A DNA stretch of 64,000 bases from Eledone cirrhosa (lineage: Eukaryota): NCBI GenBank assembly GCA_964016885.1, contig OZ024742.1, positions 149,048,001 to 149,112,000 of the forward strand. The letters run 5' to 3'. The notes beneath the pieces were generated by a model. It ran no database searches and was not told the DNA's origin. It was given only the letters and a program-made list of their open reading frames with translations. Every line of letters starts with the position of its first letter. The stretch's first letter is position 1. The translations under genes and the position numbers were made by a program. This document shows positions 52,352 through 64,000 of the stretch, piece by piece.

Positions 52352-53658
52352 CAGGGTGTGGACGATATTTGTTCGCAATTTTCAACTGCTAATTTTATGC
52401 AAATTTTTTTTACTTCTGTTGTCACTCTTGTCTTCATAAAAACAGTGACTATATTTCCATTATTTATTTTCAGAATAATTGATTATGAATAATTTTGAAC
52501 CTCCAAATTTGTGGAAGAGACACAGAGTTTTTCTTGGAATCTGCGCCGGGAGGACAAATAAGGAAATTTCAGACTTTCTCAGTGTCAGCAGGAGAATGGT
52601 GGAAAAGGTCAAAAAGGAATTGGAAGATTCAGGATTCAACTACGAAGCAACATCAGAGAGGAAAACACATGATCGACAATCTGACGCCTTCAGAACACCC
52701 GAGTTCATCGCTGAAGTTCAGGATATCATCAACAATGAACCTAGCAAGTCGATGTGTGCCATTGCAAGGCAGAAAGGCATGGATGAAAAGCCCATTAGGC
52801 TGGTGGTACATGAAGACATTCGCTACGTTTCATACAAGATGAGGAAAGGACAATTTCTGTCAAAGGCGATGCAAGAAAAGCGAGTGAAGCATGCAAAGAA
52901 GCTGATTAACAAGTTGAAACACCCACTGGAGCCAGACATGCTGTGGTTTTTCTCCGACGAGAAAAACTTCTGCCAAGACCAGAAGATCAACTCCCAGAAC
53001 AACAGGTGGCTCGCTGTTTCATCCAAAGACGTGCGCAGAGTCATGCAGACAAAGTTTCCAGCGACAACATTGGTCTTAGGTGTCGTCAGCAGTCTAGGTG
53101 ACGTCATGCCACCTCACTTCTTCCCTGAGGGCCTCAAGCTGAACACCGATGGCTACATCCGCGTTCTGAGCGAGATAGTAAAGCCCTGGATCGACCAGGT
53201 AGCTGCAGGTAGGCCGTACGTGTGGCAGCAAGACTCAGCGCCCTGCCATAGCAGCCGAAAGACCCAAGCCTGGCTGTCAGAGAACTTCGGCGACCACACT
53301 TCACCTGACATCTGGCCTCCCAGCTCGCCTGACTGCAACCCCCTCGACTTCTTTGTGTGGGGTGCAGTGGAACGAGACACCAACAGATCTAGCTGCAATA
53401 CGAAAGATGATCTGAAGGCCAGGATCACAAGTGCCTTTAGGGGCCTAAGTCGGGGGACAGTGACGAAGGCCTGTAGCCGGTTCCGAGGCCGCCTTGAGGC
53501 CGTCATCAAAGCCAATGGCAGGTTTATCGAGTGAGATCGAAAGAACAAGTCATGAAGACAAACTGACCCAAGTTTGATAAATATATCTTAAAAAATAAAA
53601 CTACTGTCTTATTTTTTCCTAGACAGTAATCTTGCGAACAAATATCATCCGCACCCTG
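52352..53658 (+). mobile_element. Full-length Tc1/mariner DD37D (maT) transposon
   Basis: 27-bp TIRs CAGGGTG(T/C)GGA(C/T)GATATTTGTTCGCAA with 2 mismatches; TA on both sides; intact ORF. Confidence 0.96.
52485..53534 (+). CDS. DD37D transposase (349 aa from the ATG)
   Basis: N-terminal HTH-like region; FSDEK, WQQDSAPCH and SPDCNPLD motifs with 37 residues between the 2nd and 3rd Asp. Confidence 0.95.
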   Translation: MNNFEPPNLWKRHRVFLGICAGRTNKEISDFLSVSRRMVEKVKKELEDSGFNYEATSERKTHDRQSDAFRTPEFIAEVQDIINNEPSKSMCAIARQKGMDEKPIRLVVHEDIRYVSYKMRKGQFLSKAMQEKRVKHAKKLINKLKHPLEPDMLWFFSDEKNFCQDQKINSQNNRWLAVSSKDVRRVMQTKFPATTLVLGVVSSLGDVMPPHFFPEGLKLNTDGYIRVLSEIVKPWIDQVAAGRPYVWQQDSAPCHSSRKTQAWLSENFGDHTSPDIWPPSSPDCNPLDFFVWGAVERDTNRSSCNTKDDLKARITSAFRGLSRGTVTKACSRFRGRLEAVIKANGRFIE

Positions 53659-54094
53659 TATATACACACATATGAATGTATATTCATAAGCCCAGGCAAG
53701 GTGTTTTTTGTGAAAGACCAGCAGTCACCCATGCATACCAGTTTCCTGTCCCCATGTCACTAGACGTAGCAACTCATTTTTTCCAGCTGAGTGAACTGGA
53801 GGAAGGTGAAATAAAATGTTTTGCTCACATACTTAATGCACTGCCTGGTCCAGGAATCAAACTCACAAACTCATGATTGTGACTCCAGTGTTCTAACCAG
53901 TAAGCCAAACATAGACACCCATAACTGTGGAGTAAAAGAGTTTTCTTTAAGACAAGGTATTAGGCTCAGTCCCACTGCATGGCATGCAAGACAAATGTCT
54001 TCCACTATAGCCTCCTGTTGTCCAATGTCTTGTGAATAGAACTGGGTAGATAGAAACTGTAAGGAAGTCTGTTGTATATGAGTGTGTGAGTCTA

Positions 54095-54280
54095 AGAAGC
54101 TGTAGTAGAGCAAGACCAAGGAAAACTTTGGCAGAGGTGGTGAGAGTGTATCTCAAAACACTGACCTTCACAGAGACGATGAAAGAATGCAACAAGTAGA
54201 GAGAAGGTTGTGCTGGAAAAGACCCATCCAATCCATGCAACCATGAAAAAGTGGACATAAAAAGGATGAAGACGATGATT
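54095..54280 (+). mobile_element. RTE family A extreme 3' fragment
   Basis: RPRKTLAEVVR...KTHP, followed by the terminus. Confidence 0.8.
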
Positions 54281-57019
54281 TATGTCTTGTAATAAATAGA
54301 GATCAATAATATAAGTATCAAACTAGAAAAATAAGTATTGGAGTCGATATCATTGACTAAATCCCTTAAAAGCAGTGCCACATCATGGATGTAGTTTAAT
54401 GACTGAAACCAGTAACAGAATAAAAGAATATATCCTCATCATCATTTCAATGTCTGCTTTATCAATGTGTGCATGGATTGGATCAAGACCTTTTGAAGCA
54501 AGTTTTCCTTGGTTGGATGTCCTTCCTGTCTAAATATGATATATAGTAAAGGCGCATGACTTAGTGGTTAGAGTTGGATTCACAATCATGAGGTTTCAAG
54601 TTCAATTCTCTGACGTTGCTCCTTCTGCCAGGAGTTGCAACTGGTAGATAGTATCAGCAATGGAAAGACCATTGTTTCCTTGGTTTGATTTGATGAGGTC
54701 CACCCCACTCGGCAAGCAAATGAGGTCTGGGATTTTGTTGATCAATCAGAGTGAGCGATGATATATACAGCATTAATGTTCATCAAACTGCTATATTGTA
54801 GGACATAGTGTTATATGGGACATAAATAATGTCACCCCTACCATCATTTATAAACACAGTTGATATTGTGTTTTGCAGCTACTGGCAGACACACACACAC
54901 ACATACATACAGGCAACCACCACATTAGATTAACTCGGGTTATGGAATGTTGTGCTTGTGGAAACTTGAATAAATTTTAACAACTACTTATCAGCACTTT
55001 AGTTAAGATCATAGTATAGTTAGCAACTTGAAAAACTGATCATGATGATAATCATAATACATATCTGAGTATATAAAAGGAAAAATATGTTAGTTTGGTA
55101 GTTAGTTTGTTACCTATAGAAAATTATATGATTAACCATTCAAATTTGAGAATAACTTCACAATAACTAATTTTTCACTAGAAATTGTGCTCAAATCTAT
55201 TTACAAGGCATCTATCATAATGCTCATTTTCCTTCAAGTAAAAGATGTTAAAAGGTATTTAAATATTGCATGACATAATTTTAAAATTTATTTAGAATAT
55301 CTAAATACAGAAAATTATAAAGAAAATAATAGAAAAATGTATTCTATGAAAATTATATGACATTAGACCTTTTCAGTATATACAATGTTTTTAACTTTTT
55401 TCTTTGTAGCATATATGAAGAGCTGGCTACCTCCAGGGATCATTTGTGAGAGATTTTTTATTGATGGCATTCACTGGTGTTTTGGGGGGGAGGCAAGGAT
55501 TGCTCTTTCACATAGCCACTCCTCATTGGAATTGTGGATTTCAAAATTGAGGAACACTTGATTAATGAAGTTTTCAATGCTTTCCACAACAGTAGAAAAT
55601 GAAGGATCAAAACATCCTTCAGTATCAAGGGATTCCTTTTCTATAAATTTAAACAGCCGAGAGGTGCTTATCTGTAACTCTGAGGGTCTCCCTCACGCCC
55701 TGCCTCCGTTTTCTGAGTTGTTGGCGATTGAGTTGGATATCAAATCAATCAAAATCAAACAAAAAATGTAGAAAAGAAAAAAATTTCCTGAGGCTGGGAA
55801 AATTGGAGGGTCAACCCTGGGTCCTTCCTCTCTACTGCTGATATATCGGCCATGCTGGAAGTTGGACAACTCAGACATATTTCATTTTTGTAGTGCAAAT
55901 ATGGCAGCAATGGAACCATTGTTGACATATTTGCACACATACTTTATAGACCCCCCCCCCCTCATTCCATTTTCAGAAGTAGAGGTACCTGCGAGAATGT
56001 TGGAGATCACAAGAGTTGAAAGCACGAAAAAACCTAGGAAAAAATAATTTCCTCCATGATCCCCACCGGGTGCTTTTCTATAAATTTAAAAGGCTGAGGT
56101 GCCTATCTGTAACTCCAAGTGTCCCCCCTCCTTTTTTGGAGTCATTGGCAAGTGATTCAGAATAACAACAATCACCTGTGATTATAGTGAAAGTCTTTTT
56201 TTTAAAGTCTGAGTTACATTGTTGAACATACAGAAACATACACAGAAATACAGAACGACACACATTAATGTTTTAGTGAGTTAGAGAGAGAGGGAGGTGA
56301 AGTGAGTGAGAGCCAGGCTAGTGTTTCACTCTATATATAGATAGCATGACGGGCGAACAGACTGTACCTGGGTGCTAGAAAGAGCATAAATTCTCCTCCA
56401 ACTGCCCCCTCATGTCATTTTCAGAAAATAAGTCAACAGCAAGCTTGTTGGAGGTCAGATTAATTGAAAATACATGAAAAACCTTAATTATTATCAATTT
56501 TATTTAGTGTTATTAGTGGTCAACGTACAAACAAACTTTCTTTTTATAAGTTTATAGAAGATTTAATGATGAAACTACTGCATTGTTTTTACGTGATTAA
56601 TAAATTGGGGATGCCATTACATCTTAAATTGCCCGCGGAAAGTTAAACATTGATTCACCTGGTACAATTAGGTAGAACTTTCAAATGTAAATGTTCACTC
56701 AATAATAAGCGCATGTAGTATTTTTTTCTAAGTCAAATTCAGTGAGTTCCAAATTGAATTTATGGATTTCCAAGTCAGAATAGAAGACGTTTTGTCAGAA
56801 AAATGTGAAAATCTTTTCATGGACAAAATGTTGGTGTTATGAATTTTTTCATAAAGATAATCCAGGGATATAATCCATTTTTCCTGACTGTTTACACAGC
56901 TTTGAGATACTTTAATTGTTTAAATCCATTATTGCTATACTTTTACAGGAAAGTAAATTATGTCTTGTGTATTTGATGTTTATCATTCTAACTCTCTTCT
57001 ATTAACAATCAATGTTTTC

Positions 57020-57178
57020 TTATGTCTTCTTTTTCGCTCACTTATTCCTGGGAGGGTCGTGGGGGCAGAGTCCTCAAACACTCCTTCCAGCAGGTCATGT
57101 CAGCAGCAACCATCTCCAACTGATCCAGCTGGATCCCCAAGCATGACCAGCCAAGCTCATGGATGTTATCCAACCATA
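57020..57178 (-). mobile_element. 3' end of the third LINE family
   Basis: Matches 13110-13210 and 5700-5790. Confidence 0.75.
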
Positions 57179-57188
57179 ATTACAAATC

Positions 57189-58110
57189 TTCCGTTACCTG
57201 GGTGACAAAATCAGCAGTGGGGGATGGTGCTCTGAAAGTACAGTAGCTAGAGTCAGAACTGGATGGAAAAAGTTCAGAGAGCTTATACCACTATTAGCCG
57301 CTAAAGGGTTCTCCCTAAAAATGAAAGGCAGGCTGTATGATGCCTGCATACGAACAGCAATGCTGCATGGCAGTGAAACCTGGGCATTGTGTGCAGAGGA
57401 TATATGCAGACTAGAGAGGAACGTAGCTTGCATGCTCCGCTGGATGTGCAATAGTAATATACGGCAAAGCATAAACGGCAAAGCATAAACGAACTAAGGG
57501 AGAAATTAGGAATAAGAGGGATCAGATGCTGTTTACTCGAGAGAAGACTACGTTGGTATGGTCACGTGATGCGCATGAAAGACGACAGCTGTATAAAAAA
57601 GTGCAGGGCGATAAAAATAGACGGTAGCCACGGAGTAGGCAGACCCAGAAAAACCTGGGACGACTTGCTAAATTCCGACCTCACACTCTTACACCTCTCC
57701 AAGACAATGTCACTGGACCGAGATCTTTGGCGATACACAGTAATACAGAAGACCCGCCTTGCCTAAGTACAAAGCGAAACCTACAGTCAGTAGGCACCTC
57801 TAACAAAAATACACCCTGGCCCCACTACCCCCACCCCATCCACACCACCCCTTCCAATGTAAAGTTATGTTGGTACCACAGCATCCAGTCCGAAACAAAT
57901 GAGGGCGTGTAGGTGTCACGACAAAAAACACACAGTCCACGCTGTAATGTGGCCGTGTAGGTAACACGGTAAAAACCTCCCAGTCCACATTGTAAACGTG
58001 GTTGGTGTTAGGAAGGGCATCCAGCCGTAGAAAACCAATCTTGCCTCAAGTGGGAAAATTCCCGTCCAAACCCATGCTAGTGTGGAAGATGGACGTTAAA
58101 CGATGATGAT
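57189..58110 (+). mobile_element. RTE family B 3' fragment
   Basis: Closely similar to 48766-49733; 14-bp internal duplication (acggcaaagcataa). Confidence 0.95.
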
Positions 58111-59069
58111 CATAATAGATATTTGGTGGATAAAACGTCTATGATGACAACATCACTCTAGATGCTTTACAGGATGTAACCAGTACTCTACTGTTCAAAA
58201 AAAGCTTTCATATTATTTACAAAGGTAAGCACTTTCAATTTTTTCACTAGGCAAATCTCCCTAAATTTCAGTTTCAGAAATCCCTAGAAATGAAGAAACT
58301 GCTGGGTTTTTTTGTTGTTTTTTTGTACAATATAATTTAAGATTTTTGAAAATCACTTACACCAAATGAATATATATTAAAACCTTTTTTTTTTTTAATT
58401 GTGTATATCCATTGCAAAGAATATAAATATTGAGTTTCAAATATATTTATGCTGAATTGCCATTATTCTTTTCCAAGAAATTTTCCACTCACTGAATTAT
58501 CACTTTCCTGAGCAACGTTACGAGTTAGTTATTCAATAGGTCTCCAATGGATAAATTATATGTTGGTGTACTCCTTAAAAGACATCACCTACTGGGGAGA
58601 AATCTGAGTTTTTGAGTCCACTAATTTTACCTCGCTTATTTTAACAATGGTATTAGGATTTTTTTCTGAGATTCAAAACAGCTGTATAGGTATAGTTTGG
58701 GTATAACAAGTAATATAACTAATATTTTTATGTTCTGATTACTTTTGTACCTTGTCATATGTATTACATTATATAATTAATATTGTTTTCTGTAAAAATT
58801 AAGTGTGCTCTAGAATGAGATTTTTCGCATCTTACTTCCCTTGAGCTCTTTACAGAACAATATCTAGATGTTTTTATTTTGATTTATTTTATTATATATA
58901 TACATACATACATACACACACAAACACAAATGTCTGTGTGCATGTGTGTATATGTGTATATACAGACACATACATATATGTAAGTGATGGTGTATGCATC
59001 ACTATAGGTACATACGGTGTGTAGGGGTGGAGTTTTCACTGAATATTTGTATGTGTATTTGTTAATGTC

Positions 59070-60201
59070 TTTGGGCTCAATATAAAGTTCATGTCATTTT
59101 TCAAAGGAGGTATTTTGGTAGAATTTTCTGGAAATGTTGAAGGTTACACATGTGCACGTATATAAGAAATGACGTTGGTATACCCTATGTACATTTCTCA
59201 TTTTCTGTTACGCTGTCAAAGGGACAGCAACACAGATCTAACTAAATTGTTTATCCGTGGTTGTTTACTTTATGACTTCAAATCTAGCCTAAGTGCAGCA
59301 GCATCAAGTTGTACATTAACAATGCATTTGGGTCACACACCATATCTGAACACAGTGTCAGGGACTGGTTCGCATGCTTCCATTCCCGTGAATACAGCCT
59401 TGATGATCGACCTCTAGTAGGACGTCCATCTGACTTCAATGATGAGCAGCTGTGTGAGCTGGTGGAAGCCGACCCACGACAAACATCACCTCAACTCTCC
59501 AAAGTGCTTGGAGCATCAAAAACAACCGTCCTCAATCACTTACATGACATAGGGAAGGTGTTCAAGCTGGTCCAATGGGTGCCCCACAATCTGACTGACC
59601 GTCGTCGTAAATGTCAGGCAGCAGTTGCGACTTCTCAGCTCTCCTACTATTGCACAACCAACTGGTTATGTTCCATCGTCACTGGTGATGAAAGGTGGTG
59701 TCTTCACATTAATGTCAAATGTAAGTGATCATGGATTAATAAAAAGAGCGTGTCACAATGACAGGCAAATGCTGGTCTCCACACTCGTAAGGCCCTACTG
59801 AGCATCTTTAAGGACTGGAAAGGTGTTATCTACAACAAGCTGCTCCCACCGAACACCTACATAAAGGATGACCCATGAGAAGCTACTGGAGCTAGGTTTG
59901 GAGGTTCTGCTCCACCTACTGTATTCATTTGACCTTGCACCTACAGACTGTCATTTTTTTTCTCTCAATGGGTTATGCAATGCAGTCAAAGACCTTGATC
60001 AATAAAGACCAGTTAAATCAGTGGCTGATGGAATTCTTTGCATCAAAGCCAAAAAAATTCTACATGTGCCTTCCTCAACAATGGCAGTAGGTAATTGCAA
60101 AGGATGGTGATTATTTGACTTGTAAAATGTTCCTAATATTAAAAAACAGCAATGTCAATAACAATTTGATAAATGGTGAGAAGTTTCTGTCCAACCCAAT
60201 A
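59070..60201 (+). mobile_element. Decayed mariner
   Basis: GRPSDF, WVPHNL and IVTGDERW motifs, SxDLAPTD remnant, TIR-like end ccaacccaata. Confidence 0.85.
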
Positions 60202-60724
60202 TATATGATATGCTCAGGGTTGGTACATCAGAAATGTAATAGTGTGAAGTGATTATTAAATAATGTGGTAGCTACATTTAAGTGAAAAGTTTGTATGATT
60301 AGAATATTGGGCAGAAAGAGGGAAGGAGGAAGACAAACATTGAATTGCAGAGGATGATAGGAATAGCACTAGTGATAAATGTTGTGAAGAGAAATGGAAT
60401 GAGATAGTTGGGTGATACATTGAAGAAGAGTGGTAGAAGGAAATAGAGGAAGGGAAGACCAAGAAAGATATGGTTAAAGAGTAGGGAGAAATAAAGGCCA
60501 GAGGATTGGTGAGAGGAGATGCTGAACATATTCTTGTATATATAATTGTTTCTACTTTAGGCACAAGGCCAGCAATTATCCAGTGCATTACTGGTACTTT
60601 ATTTTATCGACCCCGTAAGGATGAAAGGCAAAGTCAACCTCGGCGGGATTTGAACTCAGATCGTAAAGGGACGTAACTATGCTGGAAAGCATGGTGTCCG
60701 ACCCTCTACCGATACTGTCAATCC

Positions 60725-61125
60725 AATGTTGTTAGGAAGGGGATCCAGCTTAAGAAATCATGCCATAAATGGAATGTATGAGCAAGTGGTCCCTTCAATT
60801 TATGTTGTTTCAGACCATGACAACCTGTCAAACCCATGGAAGCAGACATAAAATGATGCTGATTATATATATATATATATCATCATCATCATCATCGTTT
60901 AACATCCACTTTCTACCCTAGCATAGATTAGATGGGTTGTCTCATTTGGGGCGGGTTGGGTAGGTGACCATGTTTTGCTCATATAGAACTGTTTCTGGCT
61001 AGATTTCTACAGCTGGATGCTCTTCCTAACACCAACCACATTTACAGTGTATGCTGGGTGCTTTTTGTTGTGACTTCACAAGACCACTTTACAGTGTGGG
61101 CTGGGTGCTTTTTGTTGTGACTCCC
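60725..61125. mobile_element. Two SINE tails, tail-to-tail across (TA)n
   Basis: + copy 60725-60863 and - copy 60880-61125. Confidence 0.78.
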
Positions 61126-61581
61126 TTCATATGACTGCTACAATATTGTATCAACCATTATGACAATGTACATGGGGGTCTAGTTTTATCTTTGACTTCT
61201 CTGTAGATAGCTGATATTTTAGGTTGCTCTTGGGACAGCCTACTGATGAGATACCATCATCCTAACTTTGCTAATTATCAATTTATAATAATTGTAATTA
61301 GTGGATATTTTCATGGCTCAAAACTGTGCACTCTAGGCGATTTACTAATGTAAGTATATAATGTTTATCTGTTAAACTATTTAAATGCTTATTATCTCTA
61401 TTTTCCCACTTGGTTTTATATTTTATGATATTCAGGTTTTGTTGTTTCCATAACATTATCATTTATGAGTTCGCTCTGATAAAGGTTTTTTTGCTCTTGT
61501 TTTCATTGAACAGCTGTGGTGCAACGAGGTTGAAATTACTGTATACCAATCTATGATCCATTTTTAGAAACATTGAGTGGG

Positions 61582-61785
61582 TACGTATTCATTGAAAATT
61601 CAGAAGCTTCAACGTATATTTTTTTTTTACTCTACTCTGAAAAATAATCTAACAAATTGAACAGTAAAAAGTTGACAGCACCACCTCTTTTCCATTCAGG
61701 GGCTCTTATACTCAATTTGTTAGACTATTTTTCATAGTGAAAAAAAAAAATATGTTGAAGCTTCTAAATTTTCAATGAATACATA
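61582..61785. mobile_element. Foldback/MITE-like inverted repeat
   Basis: gtattcattgaaaattcagaagcttcaac...tctaacaaattga pairs with tcaatttgttaga...gttgaagcttctaaattttcaatgaatac. Confidence 0.85.
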
Positions 61786-63044
61786 CGAGATTTGTCCCAA
61801 AAGTAAGTGTACTGATGTTTTATTTAAATGTATGTTAGATATACATGAAATTACAAGTTATCTCCTTCAAAATATGACCCTTGGTTAAATGTATGTTAGA
61901 TATACATGAAATTACAAGTTATCTCCTTCAAAATATGACAGTGGTTCAAATGTTTTTTCCATTAATTGTAGCAGTACTAGAAATCATTTTTTGTGAGTGT
62001 CTTAGCTTGTTGGTTGCAATCACAATCCCTAAACGATGACCCTTCAACTTCGATTTCAACTTAGGGAAGATGAAGAAATCTTACAGAGCAAGATCTGTAG
62101 AGAGGATGTGGAAAAATAGGAATCTTTTTGTTTGCCAGAAATTCTCTAATTGAAAGTGCTGTGTGAGCAGGTGCATTAGCATGATGCAGTACCCAATCTC
62201 TTGCAATGTCCTTTCAGATTCGCTGGACCCATTTTAAAAATCGTTCCAAGACATCTTTGTCTTTCTTATGATATGAACATTACCACAGCTATTGAAAAAA
62301 ATGCTAATCATTGTTTTCACACTGGATCTGCTCATGCATGCTACTCCACAATTTGACATTTTGTCCCTGGATCATACTCGAACACCCATGATTCATCTTC
62401 TGTTATTACTTTATCCAAGAAATTTGGCTCAATTTCGAGTCATTCTAACAAATCCTGCTAAATTACCGACTGGTTCACTTTTTGCACCACAGACAAGAGT
62501 TTAGGCACTAGTTTTGCACCATTTTTTTGCATGTACAAAATGTCTGTTAAAATTCTGTGAAATGCATTTTTATACAAGTCTGTTTCTTCTGCAATCATCC
62601 TAACACTTAATTGGTGATCTTTTGCCACCACCGCTCACACCACTTCTATATTTTGTTCATTTGTTTACAAGATTGGCCTTCCACATTTTCTCAGCCCTCT
62701 TTGAAAGCTTTGTGCCACTTAAAATCCTTACTTCTCAATATAGGATCATCTCCATAAGTTTGTGTTAAAGAATAAAATGTTTTGGTGGCAAATTTGTTAA
62801 GTTTCACACAAAATTTGATCGCATACTGTTGTTTGATGTTTTCCTGAATCGCAAATGTAACAGAGGTTATAAACACGCCTGTACATAAAAAGCAATAACT
62901 CATGTCTGACTCAATCAATCATGCTTAAACAAGTATAACCTGCAGCCAAAGTCATAACCAATACACCTATATACATCAATGAGGTGCTGCATTACCATGT
63001 CAAACATAAGAAAATTAGTACCCTTACTTTTGGGAAAAACATCA
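61786..63044 (-). mobile_element. Decayed mariner with recognisable TIRs
   Basis: tcccaaaagtaagtgtact / agtacccttacttttggga TIRs; QQYAIKFCVKL...KWHKAFKEG HTH; ~60-bp internal tandem duplication at 61824-61939. Confidence 0.85.
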
Positions 63045-63067
63045 TGTGTGCATCTGTATGTATGTAT

Positions 63068-63880
63068 ATCATCATCAACGTTTAACGTCCGTGTTCCACG
63101 CTTGCATGGGTTTGGACGGGGGTATTCCCACTTGAGGCAAGAGTGATTGTCTTGCTCGCATAGGACTGTCTGGCAGGTTTTCTACAGTTGGATGCCCTTC
63201 CTAACACCAACCACATTTACAGTGTGGGTCTGGGAGGTTTTTACCGTGTTGCCTACACGGCCACATTACAGCGTGGACTGTGTGTTTTTTTGTCGTGACA
63301 CCTACACGATCTCATTTGTTTCGGCCTGGATGGCGCGGCACCAACATAACTTTACATAGAACGGGGTGGTGTGGATGGAGTGGGGGTGGTGGGATGGGGT
63401 GTATTTTGTTAGAGATGCCTACTGGCTGTAGTAGGTTTTACTATGTATTCAGGTAAGGCGGGTCTTCTCTGTTACTGAGTACCGCCAAAGGTCTCGGTCC
63501 AGTGACATTGTCTTGGAGAGGTGTAAGTGTGTGAGGTCGGAGTTTATCAGCTCGTCCCAGGTTTTTCTAGGTCTGCCTATTCCGTGGCTACCGTCTATCT
63601 TTATTGCCCTGCACTTTTTTATACAGCTATCGACTTTCATGCGCATCACGTGTCCATACCAACGTAGCCTTCTCTCGAGTAAACAACATCTGATCCCTCT
63701 TATTTCTAATTTTTTCCTTAGTTCGTTTATGCTTTGCCGTTCACGTATATTACTGTTACACATCCAGCGGAGCATGCAAGCTTCGTTCCTCTCTAGTCTG
63801 CGTATATCCTCTGCACACAATGCCCAGGTCTCACTGCCATGCAACATTGCTGTTCGTATGCAGGCATCATACAACCTGCC

Positions 63881-63886
<6 letters not shown>
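63068..63886 (-). mobile_element. RTE family B 3' fragment, near-identical to 48899-49733
   Basis: Open frame MKGRLYDAC...KTRLT; same 3'UTR; truncated into (TA)n. Confidence 0.96.
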
Positions 63887-63929
<43 letters not shown>

Positions 63930-64000
63930 TGGTTAAGAATGCCTCGGGAAGCAGATACTATGTGAATAGGAAATACAAATGGTGAAACTAAAGTAGTGTA

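Overview
AT-rich, repeat-dense animal genomic DNA, probably an octopod/cephalopod (inferred only from the RTE LINEs and tRNA/CORE SINEs with (GAT)n tails). The window carries ten in-frame coding exons of a minus-strand CCDC91-like gene (52266 down to 3312). Its start and stop exons were not found, and one intron appears to be GC-AG. The introns contain: a ~19.9 kb 32-bp satellite (17911-37826) with nested higher-order repeats; two smaller minisatellites; several 5'-truncated RTE LINEs whose reverse transcriptase carries an inserted C4HC3 PHD-like finger; an apparently intact DD37D (maT) transposon; three decayed mariners; three foldback MITE-like elements; and many SINE tails. The most unusual features are three. 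(1) On the pre-mRNA strand the satellite reads as hundreds of branch-point/QKI-element/AG modules placed 40 bp before a real splice acceptor. (2) The RT contains a PHD finger. (3) LINEs and SINEs share and exchange 3' modules, and these modules may have seeded the satellites. All calls were made by eye, and repeat boundaries are approximate.
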